64,000 nucleotides of DNA from Bacteroidota bacterium. GTDB lineage: Bacteria > Bacteroidota > Bacteroidia > NS11-12g > UBA955. The notes below the pieces were generated by a model that worked only from the letters and a program-made list of their open reading frames with translations, had not been told where the DNA came from and searched no databases. Of this stretch, positions 19,933-30,347 are shown one piece after another. The stretch spans positions 65,737-129,736 of the forward strand of contig JAQCBH010000003.1 of assembly GCA_027621365.1 (NCBI GenBank). Direction: 5' to 3'. Position 1 is the stretch's first letter; each line of letters opens with the position of its first letter. Position numbers and translations under genes: made by a program.

Positions 19933-19996
19933 GGGTTTAGTGCAGGCCGCCGAGTTAGTGGGTCCAAGGGGAATTGTTATTCTATTCGCATCCCTC

Positions 19997-21055
19997 TTAT
20001 TGGCTCCAATACCTCGTGATGTTCACTTCTTCAGGTAGTTCTGTTCCCTTGCAAATGAAATCAGCCATGACCGGTGCCAGCCAAGACACCAATGCAGAAC
20101 CCTTTGATCCCAATCCGTTGAACACATACAAGTGTTCGTGCTCGGGATGCCGACCCAAATAGGGTCTTCTAGAGCCTACGGTGGGGCGCACCGCTCGTTT
20201 GTGTTCCAATAAAACAGGGCGAATGCCCAACCAATCCGATACTCGGTTCAACAAATCTTCGGCATCTTGAGCTTCAGGGCTTTGGCTGCGGTTTCCCTTG
20301 TGGAAATTGCTGCCCATCAGCCATTCATTCGGAGAGTTTTGAATAGGAACCAACCATTCTTTGCTTTTCCAAATGGCTCGATTGGCTAAGATCCCTTCTG
20401 GAAGTTTCACCCGAAGAATATCGCCGCCCGTAGGGTGCATGGGAAGCCAATTCCAAACAGGGTCATCCATCATTTCAATGCCTTGGCAGTAAACCAGGTA
20501 CTGAACTTCTTGGCCATTTACTAGGCCGAGCGACTCTTTTAACGGATCGGCTTCAAATCGCGACTCAACCAGGCATCCCTTGACTTTGAAATGTTGACGG
20601 GTGGCTTTGCAGAAGGCCTGTACGTTCAAGCGGCCCGATTGCAAAACGCTGTGCCCGCTTTGGGCTGTGCTGGAGGCAGGCAAATCGTCGCTCAGAGGTC
20701 GAATGTAATCTTGGTAAACGCCTTTGCTCGCTTGCTTGTTCCATTCTCGTTCATGGTCCAGGTGGCGGTGCAGTTGATGGAGGGGAAGGGTCTCTGCGAA
20801 TGAACTCCCTAAATAGGCTTCCCAGTGCTGGTAATATTCCATCCATCCGGGAAACATCTTTTCCCAATTCCATGTCATGCGCACTCCTTTGGGAACAATG
20901 GGGTTGATCAAGCCTGCTGCAACATCGCTGCTGGACTGACGCTTGTCATCGTGCACCAAAAGGGGGAACCATCCGCGCTTTTCCAGTTCCAGCGCCAAAC
21001 TGCAGCCCGCTAGGCCGGCTCCAATGATGGCAATATGATCGGGCTTAGGGCTCAA
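19997..21055 (-). CDS. FAD-dependent oxidoreductase (DAO/glycine oxidase-like)
   Basis: IIGAGLAG, VAAGLINP, VRPTV..RRP.LG, FNGLGSKG. TTG start uncertain. Confidence 0.85.
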   Translation of the reverse strand: MSPKPDHIAIIGAGLAGCSLALELEKRGWFPLLVHDDKRQSSSDVAAGLINPIVPKGVRMTWNWEKMFPGWMEYYQHWEAYLGSSFAETLPLHQLHRHLDHEREWNKQASKGVYQDYIRPLSDDLPASSTAQSGHSVLQSGRLNVQAFCKATRQHFKVKGCLVESRFEADPLKESLGLVNGQEVQYLVYCQGIEMMDDPVWNWLPMHPTGGDILRVKLPEGILANRAIWKSKEWLVPIQNSPNEWLMGSNFHKGNRSQSPEAQDAEDLLNRVSDWLGIRPVLLEHKRAVRPTVGSRRPYLGRHPEHEHLYVFNGLGSKGSALVSWLAPVMADFICKGTELPEEVNITRYWSQ

Positions 21056-21078
21056 TGCTTATTTTAGCGCAAATTACC

Positions 21079-21699
21079 ATGAAATCGCGCATTCTCCTTG
21101 CTTCCCTAGTCTTGCTATCGCGAGTCCATGCCCAAAGCTCTCCTGAGTTTACCTTCCAGGTTCAGTGTTTGGGGTCCATGAGTCAAATCGATGGAGATGC
21201 GGCGGTGGGATACAGCAAGCCTGGGTTTACCTTGGGTGTCTGGGGAGGCTATGGTCGCTCGGAAAAGCGATGGGATTACAGCTTGGGATTTTCAGAGTTG
21301 GGTAGTTTGAGAGGCTTTGATCCCGACAATCCAGGTTTGACTCCTTTCCATATACACGCTCGCCAATTGGAGTTGGGGCTGCATCAAAGTCGAAATTTGG
21401 CTCGCTTCGGTCACCCCGAAACTCGGTGGTCGATTGGGATCGAGGCTACGCGATTGTTGAGAGCCTGGGAATCACAAGGCTATATGCCAAGGCTGCAAGA
21501 CGATTACAGAACCTGGGGTGCCATGGGCTCCTTGAGGGTTCATCACGGCATTCGAGAACACCTGAGTTTGGCAGCTTCTTGCGACTACAGCTTGTATTCG
21601 GTAGTCAACAACTCGGCTACTCGTTGGGTAGGTTGGGGATTGGCCCGTGGGGGTGCTTATTACAATCGGGTGCGTTTGGGTGTGTTGCTTCATCCCTAA
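21079..21699 (+). CDS. Putative small outer-membrane beta-barrel protein
   Basis: Signal peptide; SQIDGD..GYSKPG motif typical of Bacteroidota porin-family proteins; amphipathic strands. Confidence 0.55.
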   Translation: MKSRILLASLVLLSRVHAQSSPEFTFQVQCLGSMSQIDGDAAVGYSKPGFTLGVWGGYGRSEKRWDYSLGFSELGSLRGFDPDNPGLTPFHIHARQLELGLHQSRNLARFGHPETRWSIGIEATRLLRAWESQGYMPRLQDDYRTWGAMGSLRVHHGIREHLSLAASCDYSLYSVVNNSATRWVGWGLARGGAYYNRVRLGVLLHP

Positions 21700-21715
21700 T
21701 CCTTAGATTCGCATC

Positions 21716-22165
21716 ATGAGTTGGAGCCGATTTCTTCTTGTTTTGCTGTGCATTTCTTGCCAATCGCCCAAGGTAGATCATTCCTTTGCGCCCTCTGATG
21801 CCTTGGATGTGATGCAAGATCAATTGGGTGCATGGAACAGAGGAGACATTGACGGCTTTATGGAAGGCTATTGGAAGAGCGATTCCCTTCAATTTCTAAC
21901 CTCTAGAGGGCTTCGTTTGGGCTGGGAGAAGGTGAGGCAAGGCTATCACAAGAGCTATCCGACCGCAGAAAAAATGGGTCGTTTGACCTTTGATTATGAG
22001 CGGGTTGAGTGGGCCGACGATCGCCAAGAAATGCTGTATGTGCTGGGGAAATGGCGGGTAAGAGAAAGTAATGACCCTCTTGATTCGGGCCACAGTGGCT
22101 GGTTCCATTTGACATTCAAAGGCTTTGAAGACGGTCCTCGAATTGTAGCCGACCATACATGGTAA
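21716..22165 (+). CDS. NTF2-like/DUF4440 (YybH-like) lipoprotein
   Basis: Lipobox-like ISC; AWNRGDIDGFMEGYWKSDSL; ends IVADH. Confidence 0.82.
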   Translation: MSWSRFLLVLLCISCQSPKVDHSFAPSDALDVMQDQLGAWNRGDIDGFMEGYWKSDSLQFLTSRGLRLGWEKVRQGYHKSYPTAEKMGRLTFDYERVEWADDRQEMLYVLGKWRVRESNDPLDSGHSGWFHLTFKGFEDGPRIVADHTW

Positions 22166-23598
22166 ATCAAATCATTCAGCGAGCGGCCATGGGTTGGCGA
22201 CCCTTTCTGTGGCTCTTTCTGTTGCAGTTGGGATTGCATCTTCCACACCTGTTTAAGCCCGCTTCGGGCAATCATGTATGGCGACAGTGCAATAGCTTGG
22301 CTTTGGCCAAGAATTTCGCCGACGAATCGATGGACATACGGTACCCACGAATCGATAAGCGATACGGTAGCGATGGCATTTGTGGTCCTTCTTTTGTGGC
22401 TTACGAATACGGATTGGCTGTTCTCTACAAGGTGTTTGGCTTTCACGAAACCTTGTTCCGCGCCTGGAGTTTTTCCTTGTGTTTGGCGGTGGTGCTGGGT
22501 TGGTTCGTCTTTTTGACCCGCTTTTTCCCCAGAGACTACGCCCTGCTTGGAGCCGCCTCCTTGTTTGGGTTTCCCGAATTCTATTTTCACTCTATAGGAG
22601 CGATTCCGGATCTGTTGGGCCTGGCTGCTGCCATTTGGGGGCTGAATGCCATTGACCGCAACAAATGGTTCCTGGGTGTTTTGTTGCTGACGCTAGCCGC
22701 CGCGACCAAGCTGTATTTTTTGCTCGCTTGGGTCTACATAGGGGCACAGTGCTGGAATGAATCTCGCCATCGTGGGCGAAGCCTTGTTCTGGGATCCATA
22801 TCTGTTGTGCTAGCAGGGGCCTGGTATGTCTGGGCTTCCCATTTGAATGCCATTCATGGGCTCTGGGAATTCCTCAACGAAACCCGAATGGCCGACTCCC
22901 TGATGCAATCTCTTAGGCTATTGGGCCGTGATGTCTTTGTTCAGGCTCCCATTTGGTGGCTGGGGCCATTGATGTACCTCTCTTCTGCCCTCGGATTGTA
23001 CTACTCAGCGAAAAGCAAAAACCTTTTGTTTTTGGCTTTGACTACGGCTGGTCTGGGATTGTACTTCGCTCTTCAGAGACAATTTGAATGGCATGGCTAT
23101 TATACCCTGTTGTTTGTTCCCCTGTGGTCAGCGCTCTCCATGAAGGCGTGGGTGGAGCGAAAGCTAGCCCTGCGTTGGGTAGGAGTTTTGGTATTGGTTT
23201 CGATTGCTTGGTCCATCTCCCAAATGGAGCGAAATTTTTATGGAGAAAAGCGCCGAGTATCGACCACTCTGCTGGATGCCTCGACTCGGGATCAACGCGA
23301 AGCCTTATCGGCGCTAAAAAAAGTGTGGTTGGTGGGTCCCGATCAAACGGGTTGTGTGAGTTTTTACTACACCGGAGCTAAAGGGTACCCTTGGTACCGA
23401 CCAGATGAATCACGTGAACTCCTCGGTCCCTTTGCGCATGCCCAGTCGGGTGTGTTTGCTAAGCCTGTAGAAGGGATTGTGACCGATCAACCCGAAGAGG
23501 CGCGTCGTCTGGCGCGTGATCTAGGCTGGACCCTGGATAGCTTGGGTGCTGTCGGCGAGTTTGTTTGGTTTGGATTGCAAGTGCATTCAGCCGAATAG
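22159..23598 (+). CDS. Membrane glycosyltransferase, ArnT/GT39-like
   Basis: HVWRQ..SLALAKNF, IPD and TK motifs, multiple TM helices. Confidence 0.7.
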   Translation: MVNQIIQRAAMGWRPFLWLFLLQLGLHLPHLFKPASGNHVWRQCNSLALAKNFADESMDIRYPRIDKRYGSDGICGPSFVAYEYGLAVLYKVFGFHETLFRAWSFSLCLAVVLGWFVFLTRFFPRDYALLGAASLFGFPEFYFHSIGAIPDLLGLAAAIWGLNAIDRNKWFLGVLLLTLAAATKLYFLLAWVYIGAQCWNESRHRGRSLVLGSISVVLAGAWYVWASHLNAIHGLWEFLNETRMADSLMQSLRLLGRDVFVQAPIWWLGPLMYLSSALGLYYSAKSKNLLFLALTTAGLGLYFALQRQFEWHGYYTLLFVPLWSALSMKAWVERKLALRWVGVLVLVSIAWSISQMERNFYGEKRRVSTTLLDASTRDQREALSALKKVWLVGPDQTGCVSFYYTGAKGYPWYRPDESRELLGPFAHAQSGVFAKPVEGIVTDQPEEARRLARDLGWTLDSLGAVGEFVWFGLQVHSAE

Positions 23599-23608
23599 CG
23601 AATGGGGC

Positions 23609-23636
23609 AAAAAAAAGCCCGTCGAAACGGGCTTTT
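23609..23636 (-). terminator. Intrinsic terminator after rplS (possibly bidirectional)
   Basis: AAAAGCCCGT-CGAA-ACGGGCTTTT with an 8-A tract on the left. Confidence 0.85.
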
Positions 23637-23656
23637 GGAGATTCTTTTGAATGTGA

Positions 23657-24004
23657 TTAGGAACGCTTTTCCTTGATACGGGCAGCTTTACCAATCTGGG
23701 TGCGCAAGTAGAAAATACGTGCACGACGAACTTTACCGCGGCGATTCACTTCTACCTTCTCGATGAAGGGGCTGTTGGTGGGGAAAATACGCTCTACACC
23801 GATGCCGTTTGAAATTTTACGAACGGTAAACGTTTCGTCAATACCAGAGTTACGGCGCTGGATAACGTCGCCTTGGTACTGCTGAATACGCTCTTTATTG
23901 CCTTCTTTGATCTTGTAAAATACCGTAACACGGTCTCCAGCTTTGAAGTCGGGAAGATCGGTGCGGATCATTTCGGCAGATAGGCTATTCACTATTGAGT
24001 TCAT
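23657..24004 (-). CDS. rplS: 50S ribosomal protein L19
   Basis: [45 protein letters not shown]. Confidence 0.98.
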   Translation of the reverse strand: MNSIVNSLSAEMIRTDLPDFKAGDRVTVFYKIKEGNKERIQQYQGDVIQRRNSGIDETFTVRKISNGIGVERIFPTNSPFIEKVEVNRRGKVRRARIFYLRTQIGKAARIKEKRS

Positions 24005-24111
24005 GACTTTAGTTCCAATTTGGGCTGCAAAAATAAGCAATAACCTTTGAAGATGTATGGCATTTTAGGGAATTGTTTCAAAAAATTCCTTTCTGTGTGT
24101 AGATTCGGGAG

Positions 24112-25128
24112 ATGATCCCCTCTGTACGATTCCGAAATTGGGCTTATGGCCTGAGTATGTTGCCTGCTTCGCTGGTGATTGTTGGCAATTGCAGCGGTTC
24201 TGTTTGGGTCTGGATGAATGTGGTCTTTAGCCTGGGTATTTTGGCCTTGTTGGAGAGTTGGCTTGGCGATAATGCCAACGATGATCACAGTGAATTTCGC
24301 GACACCTTGCCTAAGGTTTTGCTTTGGTCTCACGTGGCCTTGACAGCGGCTATGGTGGTGAGCTTGGGGTATTTGATTCTTTACAACAGTCCATCTTGGA
24401 TTGAGTTGACGGGCGCCATCTTGTCTACGGGATTGGCTTGCGGCAGTGGGGCCGTTGTGGTGGCTCATGAGCTCATACACAAGGCAGATAGAGCGTCTAA
24501 GTGGGCCGGACGTGGGCTTTTGCTTATAGTAGGGAATCCCTATTTCTCGGCGCATCACATTTTGGTTCACCACGTTCATGTGGGAACCCCAGAAGATTGC
24601 GTTACAGCCCGCAAAGGAGAAACCCTGTATGAGTACATTCCTCGTTCCATCATTGGGCAATACCGCCAGGCGAGAAAAGCCGAAATTTCACTTCAACAGA
24701 AGAAAACGGGAAGGGCCTCATGGCGGCGAAGCCATTTGATTCAAAACGTGATCATCAGTCTTGTGATTTTATCCTTGTTGGTGCTGTTGAAGCCTGTATT
24801 CGCCTTGGCTTGGCTGGGTGTTTCGTTCTTGGCGGCGACACTCTTGGAGTATGTCAATTATATTGAACATTACGGCCTAGAACGCCATCATTCAGATAGG
24901 GTCGGGCCCTTTCACAGTTGGAATAGCAACCGCAGCATTAGTCGCTTCTTGTTGTTTGATTTAAGTAGGCATGCCGACCACCATATGCATGCGTCAAAGC
25001 CTTACCACTGCTTGGAGTCTGGACTTTCGTCTCCCCAACTTCCCGGCGGATATGTGCAACTCTTATACCTAGCCATTCGCCCAACGAAATGGTTCAAAAC
25101 CGTCGATCCCTTGCTTCCTAATGAGTAG
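24112..25128 (+). CDS. AlkB-like membrane di-iron monooxygenase / desaturase-family protein
   Basis: His boxes HELIH, HILVHH, NYIEHYG and RHADHH; HSWN; PQLPGGY. Confidence 0.85.
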   Translation: MIPSVRFRNWAYGLSMLPASLVIVGNCSGSVWVWMNVVFSLGILALLESWLGDNANDDHSEFRDTLPKVLLWSHVALTAAMVVSLGYLILYNSPSWIELTGAILSTGLACGSGAVVVAHELIHKADRASKWAGRGLLLIVGNPYFSAHHILVHHVHVGTPEDCVTARKGETLYEYIPRSIIGQYRQARKAEISLQQKKTGRASWRRSHLIQNVIISLVILSLLVLLKPVFALAWLGVSFLAATLLEYVNYIEHYGLERHHSDRVGPFHSWNSNRSISRFLLFDLSRHADHHMHASKPYHCLESGLSSPQLPGGYVQLLYLAIRPTKWFKTVDPLLPNE

Positions 25129-25264
25129 GCAGACAGTGCGAGCTTGAAGGCCTTATTAGCACTCAATGGGCGCAATTCACAACGGGTGTTTTTAACTCTA
25201 GGGGTTGGACTGTGTCTTAAATAGGAATCGAATTGCATTTTCGTATCAAACCTGAACACACAGC

Positions 25265-25852
25265 ATGTCTGCACAAGCCCATAGCACATCCTTGCAAAAC
25301 CCCAACTGGGAGGCATTGTCTGACTCGGATTTGGTATTAGCCTTTAAGCAGTCGAATCATAAAGAGCCAGCCTTTCGCGAAGTCATTCGGCGGTACCAAA
25401 AAGTGGTGTATTACCACGTAAGGCATTTGCTTTTGAGCCATGATGATGCAGATGATGCGGCTCAGAATACCTTCATTCGAATCTGGGAGAACCTGGAAGA
25501 TTTCAGAGGGGAGTCCCAGCTGAAGTCATGGATTTACCGCATTTCGACCAACGAAGCCTTGAATGTGTTGCGCAAACGCAAGCCAAACATTGATTTTGAC
25601 GAAGCCCAGCCTGAAATGGCTGATCACCTGTCTGAACCGACGTACATGAATGAGCAGGGAATGGAAAAACAGCTTCAAAAAGCCCTTTGTTACTTGCCTT
25701 ACAAACAGAAATTGGTTTTTGTACTGCGCTATTTTGAAGACTTGGATTACGAACTCATTGGGGAATTGACTAATACCTCGGTTGGGGCATTAAAGTCCAG
25801 TTACCACCACGCTGTTAAAAAGCTGGAGATTTATTTAAAAGTATTGCGTTAA
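25265..25852 (+). CDS. ECF RNA polymerase sigma factor
   Basis: DADDAAQNTFIRIW, SWIYRISTNEAL, region 4 SVGALKSSYHHAVKK. Confidence 0.93.
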   Translation: MSAQAHSTSLQNPNWEALSDSDLVLAFKQSNHKEPAFREVIRRYQKVVYYHVRHLLLSHDDADDAAQNTFIRIWENLEDFRGESQLKSWIYRISTNEALNVLRKRKPNIDFDEAQPEMADHLSEPTYMNEQGMEKQLQKALCYLPYKQKLVFVLRYFEDLDYELIGELTNTSVGALKSSYHHAVKKLEIYLKVLR

Positions 25853-25888
25853 ATCTTTCGTCTCATCGATCATCTAAATCAAGAAGCC

Positions 25889-26893
25889 ATGTCCGCATTG
25901 GAACAACACAAAATAGATTCTCCTTTTAAAGCCGACGAAGGGTACTTCAATGAGTTTTTTAGAAGAGTGCAATCCCGAGTGGGAATTACACCTGAAGATT
26001 TGACTCACGGTTCGTCTCCTGTACAATCCAGTCAGGAAAAGCCGGTTAAGCTCCAATACACGGCTCAATTGAAGGTGGAATTTGGTCAAGTTCGCCCTGC
26101 TAAATCTGAAGAGAACACAAGGGTAGAGGAACCCAAGCCAATGAAGAAGATGGGCAAGGAGAATATCGAAAAAATCGAAATTGCCCCTATTCAAGTTGAG
26201 CCCAATCCCACCCCAACATGGAGGAATTTTGCAGCAGAATGGTCTCAAGAATCTGAAGAGACGACAGAAACCAATGAACCCGCAACACAGGCTAATTCGT
26301 CTCCCATTGCTCAAGAAGTTGAGCCGATCGAAGCGAAAAAATCTCCTGAGGATCAAGCCGTATCGACATTTGAGCCTGTGCCCATGTCTGTCATTCCCAA
26401 TGAGCAAGAATTGGCTCGTTTGAAATCAGAATTGGAAAAGCAGGAACAATACAGCCGTGTAGAAACCCAATCAGCCCCAACGCTACAACCCGCTTTTGCA
26501 CCCATTACGGGTTCCAATCGCTCCCAGATTTTGATGAATTCACTGGGTGCTGTGGCATCGCTAGTTGCCATATTCGCCGCATATTTCATATGGCAAGGCA
26601 TTCAGCGCCCTGTGACCATTGATGAGTATGTCGATACCTCATTGGCTAATCGGGGCATTGGCCCGGTGGCTACGCCGGTAGCACAAGCTGTGGCGGCTGA
26701 GGTTTCTGTTTCTACTGCTTTGGTAAATGCCATACTGGAAGAAGAATCCATGGTAGATAGGGGAAAGCCCAGCAATGTGATCAGCATTAAAGGTCTTTCT
26801 ACGAAAGGTCAACGCGCGGCCAAAGCCCTAGAGTCTTATGATTTGTGCGTATTTGATGATCCCAATCCATTCTTTGAAGAATCCATTTTTTAA
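25889..26893 (+). CDS. Putative anti-sigma factor, single TM helix
   Basis: Directly after the ECF gene. N-terminal PFKADEGYFNEF resembles the Bacteroidota PFxxPxGYF motif; one TM helix (LGAVASLVAIFAAYFIW). Confidence 0.5.
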   Translation: MSALEQHKIDSPFKADEGYFNEFFRRVQSRVGITPEDLTHGSSPVQSSQEKPVKLQYTAQLKVEFGQVRPAKSEENTRVEEPKPMKKMGKENIEKIEIAPIQVEPNPTPTWRNFAAEWSQESEETTETNEPATQANSSPIAQEVEPIEAKKSPEDQAVSTFEPVPMSVIPNEQELARLKSELEKQEQYSRVETQSAPTLQPAFAPITGSNRSQILMNSLGAVASLVAIFAAYFIWQGIQRPVTIDEYVDTSLANRGIGPVATPVAQAVAAEVSVSTALVNAILEEESMVDRGKPSNVISIKGLSTKGQRAAKALESYDLCVFDDPNPFFEESIF

Positions 26894-26894
26894 C

Positions 26895-27374
26895 ATGAAA
26901 CGATTCCTGCTTCTCAGCTATTTGTTCTTGATTGCCCCCATGGTTATGGCTCAGCCTGATTTGGACGAGACTGCTGAAATGGTTCAAGAACTTCAGGAAT
27001 TCAGACGCCATGAATTCACCCAGCGTTTGTCGCTCACGCCTTCTGAGGCAGAAGCCTTTTTTCCCATTTACGATCAATCACAATTGGAATTGAGACAAGC
27101 CAGAATGCAGTTTCGCAAAAAATGGGGGCACCGCGAATTGGGTACCTTGACCGAAGAAGAGGCCAAGGCCTATTATGCTGATGCAGTGGCCGTCAAACAG
27201 AAAGAGGTTGATATCCATGCCGCCTACACGCCCAAATTGGTTCCCATCATTGGGTACAAGCGAGTGATACTATTGCCGCAAACCGAGCGCGATGTAAGGG
27301 CTCAATTGCTTAAAAAAGCAAGAGGGATGGACCTATCTCCTGGTCCTGAAGGCCGCCCACCTCGCGGGCAATAG
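26895..27374 (+). CDS. Periplasmic helical protein (Spy/CpxP-like, ECF-associated)
   Basis: Signal peptide; FTQRLSLTPSEAEAFFPIY motif; third gene of the ECF module. Confidence 0.55.
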   Translation: MKRFLLLSYLFLIAPMVMAQPDLDETAEMVQELQEFRRHEFTQRLSLTPSEAEAFFPIYDQSQLELRQARMQFRKKWGHRELGTLTEEEAKAYYADAVAVKQKEVDIHAAYTPKLVPIIGYKRVILLPQTERDVRAQLLKKARGMDLSPGPEGRPPRGQ

Positions 27375-27393
27375 GCCTTATATTTGCTTCAAC

Positions 27394-28608
27394 ATGCAAG
27401 AGCAGAAAATTGCCATTGTAGGAGCAGGTATAACAGGAATATCCATCGCCCGAGCCTGTCACGAGGCGGGGATTGCCTACGACTGGTATGAAAAAGAATC
27501 CGAACCGGGTGGCTTGCTCCGAACCGATGTTGTCGACGGTTTTGCCCTTGATCATGGATTCCAAGTCCTGCAATCAGGCTATAGTGAATTGGCTGAGATG
27601 TATGCCACTCAACCTTTTCAATCCTATAAGCGATACGCCAATGGTGCTTGGATCATCAAAAAGGGATCGCGCAGTTTGCTGAGCCATCCCAAAGAAGGTC
27701 TAGCGCCCACTTTGAAAACCTTGTTCAATCAAGACATCAGCCTGGGCGATAAGGTCAAAATTGTTCTGCTTCAGCAATTTGTTTCGGGTAAATCTGACGC
27801 GGAATTGATGGAGAGACCGCAGCTTCAGCAATCCACTCTGTCCTTTTTGCAAGGGTTTGGGTTCAGTTCGAAGGCCATCCATTACTTCTTTAAGCCATGG
27901 TTTTCGGGTGTCTTCTTGGAATCAGAACTCCAGAGTCCAGCTTCATTGTTTTGCTTGTTTTACAAGGCTTTTTCCAAAGGTGGAGCCCTACTGCCTCCCT
28001 TGGGTATTCAGCAATTTGCCCGCGATTTGACAAGTACATTGCCCAGTGAGAATCGCTTCTGGGGCAAGGAAGTGCATCCCCAAGCTCAAGGGGAACAATG
28101 GGTAATAGAAGGAAGAGTATATGAACAGGTAGTATGGGCCGCTGGCTCCAATAATCCACAGAGTCCAAGTCCAGATTACCGTTCTGCAGAAACCTTGTAT
28201 TTTGCGGCTGAGTCAGACGCCGATTTGGGTATATACTTAGCCTTGAATGCGGAGAGCACTACACAGGTTCAAACCTTTAGCATACCTAGTAATGTAGAGC
28301 CCAGTTATGCTCCAAAGGGTCAGTGCTTATGGTCTGTGCAAATACGACCTGAGTCATTTGGAGCCCCTGAACAGGATGTTTGGTCGGAGGTTCAAGATTT
28401 GTTGGGAATTTCTTTAACAGGACGCTTTTTGCGTCGCTACACCATCCATCAGGCTCTTCCTATTGTTGATACTCTGAATCTCAGATCCACACCGCATCTG
28501 AATTCAAGCGGCAGTTCGATGGCTGGACCTCAATTTGGGTACCCAAGTCTGCAATCGGCTTGGAATTCCGGCAAAGAATGGGTCAGGATTGCGTCAGAGA
28601 ATCAATAA
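27394..28608 (+). CDS. FAD-dependent oxidoreductase (amine oxidase / phytoene desaturase-like)
   Basis: IVGAGITG and GGLLRTDVVDGFALDHGFQV. Confidence 0.8.
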   Translation: MQEQKIAIVGAGITGISIARACHEAGIAYDWYEKESEPGGLLRTDVVDGFALDHGFQVLQSGYSELAEMYATQPFQSYKRYANGAWIIKKGSRSLLSHPKEGLAPTLKTLFNQDISLGDKVKIVLLQQFVSGKSDAELMERPQLQQSTLSFLQGFGFSSKAIHYFFKPWFSGVFLESELQSPASLFCLFYKAFSKGGALLPPLGIQQFARDLTSTLPSENRFWGKEVHPQAQGEQWVIEGRVYEQVVWAAGSNNPQSPSPDYRSAETLYFAAESDADLGIYLALNAESTTQVQTFSIPSNVEPSYAPKGQCLWSVQIRPESFGAPEQDVWSEVQDLLGISLTGRFLRRYTIHQALPIVDTLNLRSTPHLNSSGSSMAGPQFGYPSLQSAWNSGKEWVRIASENQ

Positions 28609-28768
28609 GTCAGTCCCCAATGCGTTACTCAATCAAGCGACTTTAGCAATGGGTAGAAGGCCACTGATTTCAAGCATTTTCGAGTGTTAGTTAACAATTT
28701 GGTTACTTGTTTTTCATGCGGGGTCACCTTATTATTGCAGCGCTAAAAATTGAAACTATCAAACTATT

Positions 28769-29581
28769 ATGAGCAATAAATCAAACAATTCGGGAAGCAA
28801 TACCTTGATGGGGTACTTCGCGGGTGCGGCTATCATTGTCGCTTTGTTGACAGGCGTGCTGATTTACACCCAATTGATGGGAAATCCAGCCAACTTTGAA
28901 GGAGGAGACGTCGTTAAAGGACATCCAACCAATTTCTTAGGTATTTTTCACCGCGGTGGTTTCATCGTGCCTTTGTTGTTGGCCGTTAACATCATTGTTA
29001 TTTTGGTATCCATCGAGCGTTTCATCTCTATGAAGGCGGCTCAAGGCAAGGGAAGCACTACTGCTTTCATTCATGCCGTTCGCAACGCCATGGGCAAGAA
29101 CGACTTGGACGGTGCTATCGCTATCTGCGACAAGCAGCAGGGCAGTTTGGCCAATGTGGTTCGCAGCGGATTGACTCGTTACCAAATTGTAAAAGGAAAC
29201 GACAAACTGACTCGTGACGAAAAGAAAACCGCCATTGAGAAAGAATTGGAAGAGGCTACTTCATTGGAATTGCCCATGTTGTCTCGCAACTTGGTTGTGA
29301 TTGCTACTTGCGTTTCTATCGGTACGTTGATCGGTTTGATCGGAACTGTATTCGGTATGATTCGTGCATTCGCGGCTTTGGCCAATGCTGGAGCTCCTGA
29401 TACGGCTGCATTGGCAACGGGTATCTCTGAGGCTTTGGTAAATACAGCTTCGGGTATCGTGGCTTCTACCTTGGCGGTAATTGCTTACAATTACTTCTCC
29501 AATCGTGTAGACTCTATGACTCACAGCATGGATGAGGCTTCTTATTCCATCGTGTCAAATTTTCAAGCCAATCACGAATAA
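28769..29581 (+). CDS. exbB: MotA/TolQ/ExbB proton channel
   Basis: TLIGLIGTVFGMIRAF, GISEALVNTASG. Confidence 0.92.
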   Translation: MSNKSNNSGSNTLMGYFAGAAIIVALLTGVLIYTQLMGNPANFEGGDVVKGHPTNFLGIFHRGGFIVPLLLAVNIIVILVSIERFISMKAAQGKGSTTAFIHAVRNAMGKNDLDGAIAICDKQQGSLANVVRSGLTRYQIVKGNDKLTRDEKKTAIEKELEEATSLELPMLSRNLVVIATCVSIGTLIGLIGTVFGMIRAFAALANAGAPDTAALATGISEALVNTASGIVASTLAVIAYNYFSNRVDSMTHSMDEASYSIVSNFQANHE

Positions 29582-29639
29582 GGCATTTACCTTTTTCGCG
29601 ATACATGCATTAACCATCAAATTTTAAACAGAAGCGCAC

Positions 29640-30329
29640 ATGCCAAAAGTTAAGATGCCCAAATCCTCTCCGAGCCTGGATATGACTCCCATGGTGGATT
29701 TGGCTTTTTTGCTTGTGACCTTCTTCATGTTGACCTCAAGCTTCAAAGCACCAGAACCCGTGATGGTCGATCCTCCTGCCAGTACTACAGAGGCTGAGAT
29801 CCCCAAGCAGGTTTTTCTAGTGGCCATTGATCCTTCTGGCCGAGTGTTTGTAGACATCACCAACAACGCTGTTAAAACTCAAGTTTTGACCAAGCTGTTG
29901 GCGACCAAAAAACTCGGAATGGAAGGTCAGGACCTGAATAAACTGGTGGGAGCGGGACCCCTGGGAATGAGCATCAAGCAATTCCCTGAATACGCTGCCT
30001 TGGAATCATCTGAACGTGAATCTTTCAACCAAAGCGTTCGAGGTATTCCCTACGATACAACTTCAGATGTAGCCAAAATCAAGGCTAGTGAATTGTATCT
30101 ATGGGCTTACCACGCACGATTGGAAGCGCACAATGATTTCAATGCTCGAGAGGCTGAGGCGAAGAAGAGAAACTTGGATTTTGACAAATCCCAATACATG
30201 CAGTTTGCCATCAAGGCAGACTTTGATGTTCCTTATACCTTAGTAGAGAAGGTCATCAATGTATTCCGTCAAGCTCAAGTCAAGCAGTTTCAAATGATCA
30301 CGGACCTGGAGGATGCTCCAGAAATTTAA
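29640..30329 (+). CDS. exbD: ExbD/TolR biopolymer transport protein
   Basis: DMTPMVDLAFLLVTFFM; IKAD..VPY. Confidence 0.9.
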   Translation: MPKVKMPKSSPSLDMTPMVDLAFLLVTFFMLTSSFKAPEPVMVDPPASTTEAEIPKQVFLVAIDPSGRVFVDITNNAVKTQVLTKLLATKKLGMEGQDLNKLVGAGPLGMSIKQFPEYAALESSERESFNQSVRGIPYDTTSDVAKIKASELYLWAYHARLEAHNDFNAREAEAKKRNLDFDKSQYMQFAIKADFDVPYTLVEKVINVFRQAQVKQFQMITDLEDAPEI

Positions 30330-30347
30330 TCGAAAGGAGAAAACGCA

